A stretch of DNA of 63,822 nucleotides, filler included, from Perkinsus olseni (lineage: Eukaryota): NCBI GenBank assembly GCA_013115125.1. It is 6 parts of 6 records of this genome, joined end to end, with 100 filler letters (N's around TTAATTAATTAA, not from the genome) between each part and the next. Parts side by side here need not be neighbours in the genome. Positions count along the whole stretch, not along the records: positions 32,092 to 42,632 come from JABANN010000869.1; positions 42,733 to 53,227 come from JABANN010000870.1; 4 more parts are not named here. One strand, given 5' to 3'. A program made the position numbers and the translations under genes. The notes under the pieces were generated by a model. That model made no database searches and had not been told where the DNA came from. It was given only the letters and a program-made list of their open reading frames with translations. This document shows positions 35,501-47,897 of the stretch, one piece after another. Each line of letters opens with the position of its first letter. The stretch's first letter is position 1.

Positions 35501-38500
35501 TAAGTAGCCACCAGATGCATTCCGGCAATGATATGAGCTTTATCTCTTCTCTCCTTTTCCGACTATCCAACATACTCTCCCGCATTCTCTTGCAACCAAG
35601 CTTTATGTTTCTTATTCGATCCACCGTTGCATGTAATCCATTTTCTTTCCCTCCTGCGCTTATACCAACTGTTGCCCGTTCTTCTTTGCCACAGAGATAT
35701 TTGCACAAATATTTACAATTGAAAAAGGTATCTGTTATTTGTATATTGCTCGACGAACGGCATACAAAAAATAATAACCCATTTGTCGGCGATATCTTTT
35801 CGTCCGGGTCTGCCGGATATCCATGCCGACCAGCTCGCAACTCTTCCCCAACTTCTATCTCGCCAGTTCGCTCATTCAAATGTGCTAAGCCTAAACGCTG
35901 CAATATAATTAAGGCCGTTTCATCATGTGGTGCCACACTTTCTTCAAAATAATGTTCATACTCAACTTTATATCTCGGCACTCGACACTCGTATACCGTC
36001 TCCACCACTCCATTGTCTTTTCTTATTCTTCTGCGTTTCGTGCATCGATACCCTCCTTTTTTACAATCGTGCGCCTGTATGGTTCGAAAGTCATTCATAT
36101 ACGATTCGCAATCCTCTAAATCATCGGCTAGGCCTGATTGTATAAGCTTCTTGTATTCTCTTGGGCATACATGCCATCCACAGCCAAGATCATGAGCTCT
36201 GGACGTCGCACAAATTATTTTTTGTCGTATCTGCAACAAGCGAGCACACCTCGAAACTTCACACTCAACGACATTCATCAACAACACACCATTTTACTTA
36301 CTTCTTCCACTTTCACGCCACTCTTCATTGTCAACAGCAAGTGTAGATGGGGCAAATTCGCAGTACTGTCTTGAAATTCAAAGCGCGCAAAAGTCGACTG
36401 CACGTCTCCGAATATCTTCTCTTTCGACATCTTTAAATACCTCACCAAGTACTCTGCTGTTCTAGCCCACCCCAATGTAAGATCAACCACAGTTCCTTCT
36501 TGTACAGCGGCAGCTTCGTCTGGAGGTAAATGTTCGACAACTTCTTCAATCGCTTCACGTAAGGGAGCTATGCCGAAGTGTTTCTTCTGGTTACAGGTCA
36601 ACGTGATGAATATTTTGACATTTTCAGGGTTGGATAACATACTACTAGCCAGCCTTTTTACTTGCTTTCGGCTATCAATTTCTTCAAAAGGCAATACAGG
36701 TTCCTCAGCCTCTACACCGGACTTTCCTTCACTTAGCGCATAGTATCCTCGTTTCATGATTAACCGGCTATCAGCATGGCGAAGCTTTTTGTTGAACATC
36801 AAAGCGAAAGCGTAATTGATGAAACTCGCAGATCGTCCCGCCTGCAGAGCGCCGCTTAGAATTCTCGTTCGTAATTGATCTTCTTCATTTGCTAGCGTTC
36901 TGTAAATCTGCGGCCCATTTACACACCAGATGTTAGTCGGTAATGCTCCGTGCACTGCGCCGTCTTTTGCTCCCTTGAAGAATAAACCAGGGAATAGATG
37001 AGCTTCTGCGACCGCCGCGGCGGTATTGTAGGGTATTCCACCTGAGAAAACGAAACACCCACCATTTTCAACACTTTCAGTTTGTACTTTCACCTGTGCC
37101 AATAAAAGCTTGCAGAAACCTTTGATGAGCAGTTGTGAGCGTCAGAGGTCTGCCTCTTCTCTCTAGACATTTATGTAACCCGTTTACCAAAACATGCCCC
37201 TTTATTCCCTGCCATCCGCTGACTGTAATTTCTTTCTCATTTCCCGACCCCCTCCAGACGCCTTCTGCACTTCTCGCATTATCATGCATGTCGTTTCCAC
37301 TTGCCGCATCATATGAATCATCAGTTCCGCTGCTTCTCCTGTTACTTCTGACATCATCTCTCCCTCTGATTTTTACGTTCAAACACCCTCTCTCTAAATG
37401 TTCTTTATAATGTTTGCGACATACCCCCATGTTACACGTTCTTCGCATGCACGAAAAATACATAGCGAAATTGCAATTCTCAAAGCAGCATTTGCGCCCA
37501 GAACCGTGGGGCTCTCGAACCAGATATGTCCCACAAATTTCGCATTCAAAAACCGCCTGACCACCGATGTGAGCAAGCATTTCTTTTTTAACATCACATT
37601 CCGCACTTCCTCTCACATATATCAACATATTCCAGCCTCCTAACAATTTATTTCGTTCCTGGATCCATTTTTCTTTCTCTGCTACTTTATACTTCCTATT
37701 CAATCCCCAAGTTGCTTCACCAGCTCTTATGAAACATTTATCTGCTGCCATAACGATCCGCAACTCCCAGTTCCGCCCATAGTTGTCTTCAATCTCTTCC
37801 TCCAGTCTACAAAGACGTCGCCGCCTTCTTCGATCCCGAGTCCATAGAATTGTTATCTCATCATTTCTTCCAATATTTTCCCTCACTTCATTCCATGCCT
37901 CTTCGCCCCGATCGCGCATCAATTGTGCATGAATCTTTTCCACCCAACCCAGGAATTTACAGCACATCTCAACGGGGCTCTGTATATCACTCGCTGCCTC
38001 CACCTCTAACTGTTCTTCAACAAAGGCATCAATATTCTGAATGCGGTTCAAGTACAGCATGGCCGCAGCGTTAACTTTTCTTCTCAAACTTCCCAGCTCT
38101 GAATCAAGCTTACACAGTACAACAGATCTCCAGTTATTCTGACTTTCGCACTTTTCGCTCAGTAAACGCCACACCTGACATAACACTTGTGGTTTCCAAA
38201 TACGAAATTTTCCGCTTATATTACCTTAGTTTCGTTCAATAATACCACGGCTAAACTCCAACCACACTCATATGATTTCCACTTATCAAACAGTGGTAAC
38301 AGAGGATATTCGTTCCACCTATTTAAGCTTCGTGTTCTCACTATTTCACCAACTATTCGACATTCTATCATCCGATCATTCTCAACTTCGTCATCATCCT
38401 CACGGGTAAACCACGCAGTACATACTTGTACCTTTTTATATGCTTTTCCATTCACAGTTATTACCAGTTGGTCTGCAGGCACCCACGAACTACTTGCAGT

Positions 38501-39836
38501 AACTTTTTTAATGACATCTTTAGAGTATTCTCTTCTTCTATTTAGCTCAGATACCACACACTCTGGGATTTCCCCTTCAATATACCGCTGATTCGTGAAT
38601 GCTTTTATATCAGGTCTCTCATTCATTATCACATTCTCTTGTTTCGATAGATATTCAGATACAACATCCCAATCGCATTCGCCGTTGAGTCCGAAAGTAG
38701 AAACCCCATTATAGTCCGCACACGCCTTCATCAATTTATACGTGTACCCTGAATAGGTCGCTCGTCCACATTTAGCAATATTTGTCCGCAACCGCAACGG
38801 GCCCAAAACCTCTTCATCAATCGGCGGGAACAAACCCGTTACAGGGTTCTCGCACGAATAGACCATGTCCCCTTCAACCCCTTTGCCATGTCTCGAACAC
38901 ATCAAGAAGCACAATCCATCATCTTCATCAATGCGACAACTAGGAGCTACAATCCACTGCAAGAACTCTTTAGGAATCAACCAATCACCTCGTCGTCTAC
39001 TGAACAGTTTTACGAAATTAGCCTTGAAGCCATTAAACTCCGCATCATGTTCTTGTATCAAAGAAGAGTATGGAACTCCAACCGCTTTTTCGATAAATTC
39101 CCAACACCCATATGGGCATAAAATCGTTCGCACTGGCTCTTTATTCAAGCATCTTTTCAATTTCCCTAATTCATAGCTTTCCAAATCTTGCATGAAATCG
39201 TCATACCTCTTAGATACGTTGACAACCCTCGAACATCCGGATCGTCTTGGCTCCAGAAAGCTCCACCAATGGCGTACGTCATCAGGCAACACATCCCATA
39301 GTCCATGACGTATTTTGCTGTTCTTCGTCAACTCAGTGTATATAACGGATGGCCACGCATACCGCCAACCGCCGCCATCTCTCAAATACTTCACACATTC
39401 TTTACAAACATTGACACTTTCACGCGTTCTCAGATCATTACGAGATACCGCACCATATTTCCGGCTTTTCATACCTTCCGTTATCGCTTCTCCCACTCCA
39501 AGACCATCTCCCACACTCCAACGCTTACAATTATCACATTGTTCTGCGGTTGTAACCGCATCTTCTTCTTCACCCACTCTCGCTTCCGCCCGCTCTTCTA
39601 TTTGCGGTAAAACTTCAACCTGTTACACATGAATACCACAAGAAAGTTTGTTCCGTTCAACAAACAAAATGCCCACAACCAAAATTTGTTACAATCCCAC
39701 TCACTTCTTCCTCTTCCGCTCCCAACATGTTTGATGTTGCCCTAGCAGTACACCTACTGCACGATAACGAGTTACTGAATACACCACATTCGATGCATCT
39801 CTGCTGTTCTATTCTCCTCCTTCTACGCGGTGGCAT
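32538..39836 (-). CDS. RepHel-GIY-YIG transposase, 5 exons (39836-39705, 39619-38225, 38174-37094, 37041-36302, 36230-32538), 2346 aa
   Basis: Introns 39620-39704 (GTGAGT..CAG), 38175-38224 (GTAATA..CAG), 37042-37093 (GTGAAA..CAG) and 36231-36301 (GTAAGT..CAG) restore one frame of 7041 nt. Rep motifs IFITLTCN, RFEFQ..LPHLHLLL, KYLCKY. Helicase motifs GLPGCGKS, IIDE, GDFRQLPP, QFELRHNFATTAH, YVIISRV. GIY-YIG motifs FIYLIQ..TYIGES..RLQQHNSG..RPW..IE. Confidence 0.88.
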
Positions 39837-40355
39837 GCTAAAGTCAAAATGTCTAACTCATCACAAACATCATCCCATTACCGTACAGGGAAGCGTTCGG
39901 TGCGAAGCGCCGACTCAATGAAGAGCTTCCCGCCTTCAACAACAAAATTCAATCACTCTATGTTCCCTTACTCTCTCAATGTTCCTCGTTTAATTCTACC
40001 CATGTCAACAACGCAATCCATCTTGAATTACATCTCCACAAATTCTGCTCCACAATGGTCCGACAAATGCCATATATCATTCACACAAGACCATGCACGA
40101 CCAGGCGCGAAAAACAGGGCCACAAATCACCCTTCCTTAAGCACGATTTGTCATCGGCTTTATCAAAAACTCTGGCTACAACAGTAATGCTCATATAAGG
40201 TTACTACTGTGGAGCATCTTTTGAGCAGCTACTTCCTCCGACCGTCGAATTATTATTTTTACTCACTTTTGCATTCTTCTTTTTTCCTTTTCTACAATTC
40301 CCTGTGTTACTACTTCTGCGATTCTCAACACCTTGCTTTCTTCTACCTGCACAAC

Positions 40356-41950
40356 TTATGACATATGCTTCATACAATCAACAATTTCACCTCCGTTATC
40401 TTCTCCGACACATCCATTTACTCCTATCTCTTCCTCCAAAGCTTCGTTCTCGCCTCCGCTTTCTTCGTCTGAACCTCCTTCAGTAGTATCTCTTTCCCCA
40501 TCATTCTCCGTGTTTTGAATAGGTAATTGAACTCCTACATCGGGAACGAACGAAAGTAAGAACAAAGTAGTATTATGAATCCGCCTACTTTTCCCAGCTC
40601 TCCAGGAGAGTTTCTTTTTCTTAAATCGCTTCATTTTCAACTCCTCTATCTCTTCGCTCAATTCTTCCATCCTCTCTGGCGCAATGCTTACCACATGTAT
40701 CTTTTGTATTTCTTTATACATGTTGATGTCTCCATCTCCGGCACTCTCTTCTGTTATAACCCCTCCTTTCGCCCATCCGTGGACTACCCAGCCTAAATTA
40801 CATTCAAAGCAGATTCAGTTAAACAATACTTTGTAATGGTCACAAAGTAGTACCTCCTCTCTTGTTCACGAACTTCCCTACTTTACGCGCTGCCTCGCGA
40901 AGCGCGAAAACATCAGGAGGATCCGCCTCCCTCCATATAGATTTACGTGTCAGCAGCTTAGTCACAGCTAGACCTTTCACCAAGGCACATTTCTCCCGTT
41001 CACACACACCAGGAAATGCCTTGCAATGAACCGTACTACATGCCACATATCTGAGCGAAAAGAACCCTAAGCTCAACTTGTTCGCTTCTGCTACTTCATT
41101 ACCCAGCTTTCCTTCCACGATACAAACAAACGCAACCTTTCCCTTGCGAACTCGGCCCACACGAGCTGTTACACAGCTGCCCACCGCAGGACAGTTCAAA
41201 AGTGGCCAGTGTTAAACCCAAACGCACGCCACGAAGAGTGAAAGCGTAGAATGACCCACTTTGAGGTATCTGATAATTGCAATCCAGACATGAAATCCTG
41301 TTAAAGACTTTACTTTCACTATCCCCACAGAAGGAGGATCTGGAACTTCCGCAGCCACCAACTGGACAGACGTAGTAATTATCGGAGTTGCTGAGTTCGC
41401 AAGGAACTCATCATGTCGGAATACCGGTTCCACAATTGCAATCCCGCTACCGATTTGAACCTATTCACAGTTCACTATTTGGGACCTCTAAAACACAGCA
41501 GCACAAGAAAAAAAATGCAATACTAATGCAAATATTGATCGCATTATTTCACTACAATTATTAACAACAACACTCACCTCGCATGCATGGGGTAACACTT
41601 TCTTGGACTCTCCCTTCTGCAATAAAATCATACAACACTTTCCACTACCGTACTCCCTAATCGACATCTTCTCCACACGTACAATATACGAGTCACCTGC
41701 CCTATTAGCAATGCCCTATCGTAAACTACTTCTCCTTTGCCTTTCTTCGAATTATTTAACCCATGTGGACGAGATACTAATAAAGATTTGTTCTTCTTTA
41801 TCGAAAGGAGTCTGCAACAGACACAACTGCCTGATGAAATAGGTCCCTCCGAACTACATCCCCATGATGTAACATCGTTCAGTCGGCGCGCTGCAACCTC
41901 CAACTGGGCCACTAAAGTCACTATCCACCACGTCGTCTAAATCGATTTGG
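40356..41950 (-). CDS. Second, spliced gene of the element, unknown function (ends approximate)
   Basis: Co-oriented ORFs 41628-41921, 41212-41433, 40840-41199 and 40356-40721. Intron 40793-40853 (GTAC..TAG) joins FVNKRG|GWVVHGWAKGGVI in frame. Confidence 0.55.
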
Positions 41951-42632
41951 AAGAACTTTTCTTGCAAAAGAGCAACCGACTTTTCAGTGCCTAGCCCCGT
42001 TAACATTTAGCAAAACTTAAACCTACAAAACAACCCAACCTTACAACTACTCAGTCCCTATTCCAATTCCAAGATCTACCGACCGCTGCGATCAAGTCAA
42101 CAACTATCTCGCTCGTCTATAAAAATGTCGCCCGCCACATTTCTAGCATTTTGCATTATTTTACCGCTTCAACAAGGCTAAAGCAGCAGTTTGTAAGAAT
42201 TGGATCCTATAATGCAACTATGCAATGAAAATCGTCGAGCCGAGAGCCTCGCCCGAGGCGGGAACCATCTTTCGACTGCCGTGATTCAATTTCCCCTGCG
42301 GTTTGACAAGCCCGGCTCCCCGTTTTTACCGGAAGTCCTACACCGCCGGCTACCTTCAGGTATACGGGCATTCCGATCTTATAAGTGTTTCCGTCATCGC
42401 ATCATCGCGCAGAGTGGCGCAATTTCCTGCCACGCATGCTGTGCATACTTCGGCATGCAATTTTGCTCCTCCAGCGGACTTATTTAATTTGTCCTATTTT
42501 GCCCTTTGTAGACTCAGGATAAAAAAGGTCAGAGGTCATGTATGGACCCTCCCCACAACCTCTTGATTGCTCGTCCGTCGCTTCGCTGCAGCTCTGCCCC
42601 CTTGGCCGCTTGCGTATATGAGTGCAACGACC

Positions 42633-42732
42633 NNNNNNNNNNNNNNNNNNNNNNNNNNNNNNNNNNNNNNNNNNNNTTAATTAATTAANNNNNNNNNNNN
42701 NNNNNNNNNNNNNNNNNNNNNNNNNNNNNNNN
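42633..42732. other. Artificial contig linker
   Basis: N44-TTAATTAATTAA-N44. Confidence 0.98.
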
Positions 42733-42865
42733 GCTGAACCGTTTAGTGAGGGGAAGGAACGTAGTATGACAACAGAAGCTATGGTGGACGGGTGATGGAA
42801 TATTGCGGACTCCGAAATGAGCCGAGGGCGGAAAGAGGATAAAGCACGGGCGGGTTTAGTCAAAG

Positions 42866-43027
42866 GGGGCGGGTCAAGAAACGCCGATGGGCGAAAGAAG
42901 AAAATTTGGGAGGCCGGATGAAGAAACGGCAATGGGCGAAAAAAGAAAATTTGGAGGGCGGGTCAAGAAATGCCCATGGGCGGCATAAGAAAATTTCTGG
43001 GCGGAGCGAGAAATTTGGCGGGCGCGC
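42866..43027 (+). repeat. Degenerate tandem repeat of about 45 bp, 3-4 copies
   Basis: Unit GGGCGGGTCAAGAAA..ATGGGCG..AGAAAATTT recurs near the contig start. Confidence 0.75.
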
Positions 43028-43739
43028 AGCAGCAAGCGCCCGCATCCCCGGCGGAAAACTATTTCGTGGCGCGCGACAGTAATATTTGGTACGTGGCCGT
43101 CGAATGGATGGGAACCTCTCGTGAGGCAAAAGAGTAAGCATATGGCGATTCCAAGGACAGCACGGGCCAATACTGGCATGATCTTTCTCATGCCTCCCTG
43201 CTGCTGCTGCTGCTGCACGACACTGAACTTTTGTGCTATGTGCTACGTTTCGAGGCTCCTACGCGCTCGGATCCCCGCACAAAATGCGCAGGAGTATTCA
43301 GAGCTTGTTTGCCACTTACTTCCGAGTCGATCTCGGAAGGCCGGACTCATCTCTCCCATAGTATCTCGGGGTGCGGTTCCGGTGATCAACTCTCGGGACA
43401 TCGCTCGGTTTTCCTGTTGGAACGCCCTGGGTAGCACGTGAACAGCTCCGTACTCGAACAACTAGCTTCAACTCCGCGATACAGGCTTGCCGCCCTACGT
43501 ACATCTCAAGAGACTCCCAGTGGTCTCAGCTTTTCAGAATGCACTTCTATAGGGAATTGCGGCATCACCATCGACTGCCACTTGTATGACTACGTAGCGA
43601 GATCGCTCCGATGAACAGCCATAGTAAGGGACAGGGCCCACCTCAGACAAGATTGCAGGGCAATAAACCACCACTGAACACAGCCTTCGTTTCGCTGTCG
43701 AATATTCTCTGAGTATTGTCAGCTTTCCCGATCACCTCG

Positions 43740-45993
43740 ATGAGCTCCACGACGTCGTTGAGGGTACCAGGACCGGGTCCACGCACCCGCCTGCTCACCC
43801 CCATAGCTGAGGACCAGAAGCCCAAGAGTCCGACGTTTTATGGTACTGTTTGAAGGTGTATCTTCGGTACTGTGCTTCCTATTGCTCTGTTCGTTTAGAG
43901 CATCATGACGTCGTGAGCGGTCCCGGCTCGGCTGACCTGGCAAGAGCCCATTTGATGATGCTCTTCTCGCAAGCCCTCTTTGCGGGGAATTATGTATGTT
44001 TCAAGGCCTTCAGTCGACACTCGGAAGATGTAATGAAAAGGGCTGTGAGGGAGGGGAGAGGCCCTTGTTGTTTTTAGATTTTTGGCAAGACGTCAGCTAC
44101 TATATTCTCTTTGATGAGAGGTATTGTTAGTTTGGTCCTCCTGCCGATTATCTTTTATACCAGGTAGTATCGGATAGGTAGGTCGTGTCGCTCATCCAAG
44201 GCCTCATTGCATCAGCTTTGCGCACTCCCAGTTTTTTCATATGCCACGCTGCTTCCTTCAGTCCCGATCGTCACTACGAAGGAGTACTGCGGATGAAAAA
44301 AGCGAATATAAAGCCCGTGTTGATCCAGGGGCTGGCTGGGTACGATGACTGACTGCGGAACTTGAGCCCTTCACAACACCCTATTGCGTCTCATGAGACT
44401 CTCGTCGTCTTTTTCAGGGCGGCTCGGCAGAACATCGTGCCGTATGGGTTGATGTTCACAGGAGCGGCATCGGCAGGAGTCGTACAGCCTTTCGTGCCCG
44501 TGTGCACTTGCATGTTGGCAGTAGCGTTCGGCCTGGAGAAAGGAAATAAAATAAAGTAAAAAGTGGGCGGTATCAAGGGGTTGACCTGGCATGATACAGA
44601 ACAGGTCGGCTTAGTAGCCATCTCCACTCCAAGGTGTCATACGAGTTACCTCCATGACTTCACCCCCATCGACCAGGTACCTGTCCATGTTGATCGGCTG
44701 CGTAGGCGTCTTCATCGCAGCTAAAGGCTACGACTTCGGCGGAGTTGATTTGGGCTTCCTGATCCTCCTCGGGGTGAGTGTTGACAATTGGGACAAAGGG
44801 AAGCGTGAGAATTGGCTATTGCGGCTGGAGGAGGAGGCCTCGATTCTCGTCAATTGTTGACTGTCTCCTCGAGACGGAGCCGACCTGCTAGCCCTCCGGT
44901 TTGCAGGCTCTTGCTGACGGAAATAGTAGTTGTTGAAAACAGCATTCTGAGCCGCCTAGTGTATGTAGTTGATCCTGTGGACGTTATAACGGGCTGTTCT
45001 TTTGCAGTTTGTATTCTGAAAGTCGTAGGTACCCGTGACGAAGTCCATTCAAGTAACGGGGCAGAAGATCGCTCTCAGCACAATGAGGCCCATGGCGGTA
45101 ATAATGAGCATTACGAACGCCGCTCGCCCAGTAGTCATCCAAGAATCTGCACTCGCTCGCACTCCTCCCGTGTGCTGTTTAATTCCTCACTTCCGTGATT
45201 CTCTGAAGGTTCAATTCTACCAAATCATATGCCTCTGTGCATTCACGACCCCCTTCACTCTCAGCGTACTTGGATGGGATATGCCGCGAGCGTGGTGAGG
45301 ACTTAGAACGCAGATTGCCTGGGTTGTGCCTCGCTCTCCCCACTCGACCATCTGTCTGTGGTTATAGGTATCTTATCTCGAGCTTGGGGTTCCCTGGATG
45401 GGGTGCTGTTTTGTATTCTGTCTTTTTCATCATTCTTATCTCCTGGAGAATCCAATTAGCAGCTGTGAAGCAGCTCGGGCCAATCGCAGTCGGGCTGTAT
45501 CAGGTAACCCTCAAATCAGCAAACCAAATTGCTGTCAGTTCGGTGAACCTCAGGTCACACAGCCAGTGTTCTGCTTCATTTTTGCATACTTCCTCCTCGG
45601 GGAGCCCATTTTCCCTCATCAAGTCGTTGGAGGCGTTCTTGTCTGCATAGGACTCGGCATGTAAGGTCGACCCTTTCTGAATATAACTCAGTCATCTTCA
45701 AATCCTCAAGATTCGTCTATGGCCAATACCTGACGGCTTTGAAGAAGGAGCGAGAGGCCGAGCAAGCCCGGGCTAGTGAGAACGAACGCGTACCTGATGA
45801 ATCACCTCAGCCGAGAGAAGGAGATGATGCTATGGAGGCTGGAAGGGTAGTGCAACAGAGAAGCGTTCGCGAGAGTCTCCATTGCTTATCTGAGCTCCTT
45901 CGTACTCCTCAGGCGAGTGAGAATGTCCGTCCCCGTCGAAAACACAGTCGTAGTGTCGGCCTTCACTTCGCCAGCAGCGTGAGTGATATGTGA
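43740..45993 (+). CDS. EamA/drug-metabolite transporter (WAT1-like), multi-exon, copy 1
   Basis: Exons HLMMLFSQALFAGNY, GLMFTGAASAGVVQPFVPVCTCMLAVAFGLEK, WGAVLYSV..AVKQLGPIAVGLYQ, QPVFCFIFAYFLLGEPI..VVGGVLVCIGL. Confidence 0.8.
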
Positions 45994-46360
45994 AGACGGC
46001 TCAGTGGTGGTGGTGGTGGTGGTGATCTCTTGTAGTCAACATGCGCTATAGTTGGTAGAACATATTGTTTGTCAACTCCCATCCTCTTCAACAACTTTTC
46101 ACGTCCTTCGCGGTATAGTCATTCCGATATATGTGGCACTTTACGGGCTGCCAGCGGATGCTGCTGCCTTCATCATCTACAGTTGTCTAAAACATCCCTT
46201 TAATTGTACGTTTGTTGCACGGAGTGGATGAAAAATGGGGGGGGTCCTGAGCTAGCGTGAGAGAGGCCGCAGATGGCAGGGAAGACGCTGAGCTGCCATT
46301 GGGCTGGCAATTTGTGCTGCAATGAGCTGGGTCAGTAGTTTTTCATCTTAATCTTGTGAT

Positions 46361-47897
46361 ATGACTTCTCAAATCATTGATGCCAGCGACGATGCCGAAA
46401 GGCAGAGAATTTCCGACGTCACTGGAAAGTAGGGACAGAAGCAGAGGATGGTATCGGGGATGAGCAGGGATTTTTGATCTCCTCAGGCATCCCGAAAATG
46501 TACATATTCTCCCACCAACTCTCTTTTTGAAGTCGCAAATGACGATTTTGCGAGACTGTAAGACTGTAAAATCGGCCGAGTTCCGCCGAGCGGCGGACCA
46601 CATCACGAGGCTGCTTATCGAGGAAGCTGTCGACCTAGGATGGATCAGGTGAGGAGGGCTCATTGCTGAGCATTAGAGGTTGTGCTGTATATTGAGATGG
46701 ATCGTCGTGAACTGTGCATTCGGAGGTTTGCCGTAGGTGCCAGGAAGAGATACCCGTCACTACTCCTACTGATGAAACCGTGGATGGCGTGCGCTTACCA
46801 GAGGATGGTTTGATGGCAGTCAGCATGTGAGCTCCCGCGGCGATGTGCATCTTGGGCAAGGATACTGGGGTCCTTGGTTGACCCTGACTTCGCAATTGAG
46901 AAGGCGGGTGTGGGTTGAGGTTTGGCGCCCTCTTGTGGCAGCACCTCGTCCCGGTAGAATCCAGATGAGCATTGTAGCCCTACTGGGAGCCTGCAGGCTA
47001 AGGCTCTCAGCACAACTCTTTTTAATGCTTTCTACGAGTAGTGACGATCAAATCGCCGAAAATTGCATTAAGCTAGGAATACTCGACTTCAACGAATTCT
47101 TGGTGATCCGGGTCTTGGTGAAAATGGGACCCAAGCTGTGATGTGTATCGAGGATGCTGTTTGCACCCGATGGTGTTCTCTGTCAGAGTGCGTTCTTAGT
47201 TATTGAAGATGTCTTATTGTCAGTGTGCGTGCTGGCGAGAGCATGGAAGGCCCAGTTTTGAAAATATTCCCGGAAGCTAGAATTGGGAAGATACTCATCC
47301 AGCGCGATGAGGAGACGGCAACACCTCACCTTTATTATATCAAATTACCGTCGTGCAAGTGAGTGGTGGGGACTGGGTAGGGGGGCCACCAGTATCGAAA
47401 TGGATCGATCTCTGTGGAACTGATAACTCGTCGTGATTGGGTTATTGAGTATCTCTTCATCATCCTAGGTCCTTCCCTCACGTTCTCCTGTTGGACCCGA
47501 TGCTGGCTACGGGAGGAAGCTGCATGATGGTGAGAATTTTCATATCTGCAAAGATAGCGTACCCTGGACTCGACCATTGCCAGGCTATCAAGTCTCTTCT
47601 GGACAGCACCGACTGCGACATCAATGAAGAGGATATCATTTTCCTTAATCTCATCTCCTGCCCTGAAGGGATAGAAAACCTCACGGCAGCTTACCCTAAG
47701 GTTAGGGGGGGGACATACGAAGGCGTTGTAGTTGATTATCGCTGTAGGTTCGTATTGTGAGCGGCTGCCTCGACCGCTGCCTCAATGAACGGTCCTATAT
47801 TCTTCCCGGCCTCGGTGATTTTGGCGACAGGTGAGATGATAAGCCCTAGTAGCCTGAGCACGCTTGTCCGGTGCATAGGTACTTTGGGACTCAGTAG
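46361..47897 (+). CDS. UPRT: Uracil phosphoribosyltransferase, copy 1, multi-exon
   Basis: Motifs [67 protein letters not shown]. Confidence 0.92.

Larger units (their letters stand above)
32092..42632 (-). mobile_element. Helitron-like rolling-circle element occupying most or all of the contig (termini not established)
   Basis: Encodes HUH Rep plus PIF1-like helicase. It is visibly more AT-rich than the other contigs and has a hairpin cluster downstream of the transposase. Confidence 0.85.

Noticed and set aside
36231-38224. Programmed ribosomal frameshifting or pseudogenisation between element ORFs
   Set aside because: Canonical GT-AG introns restore the frame at every junction.
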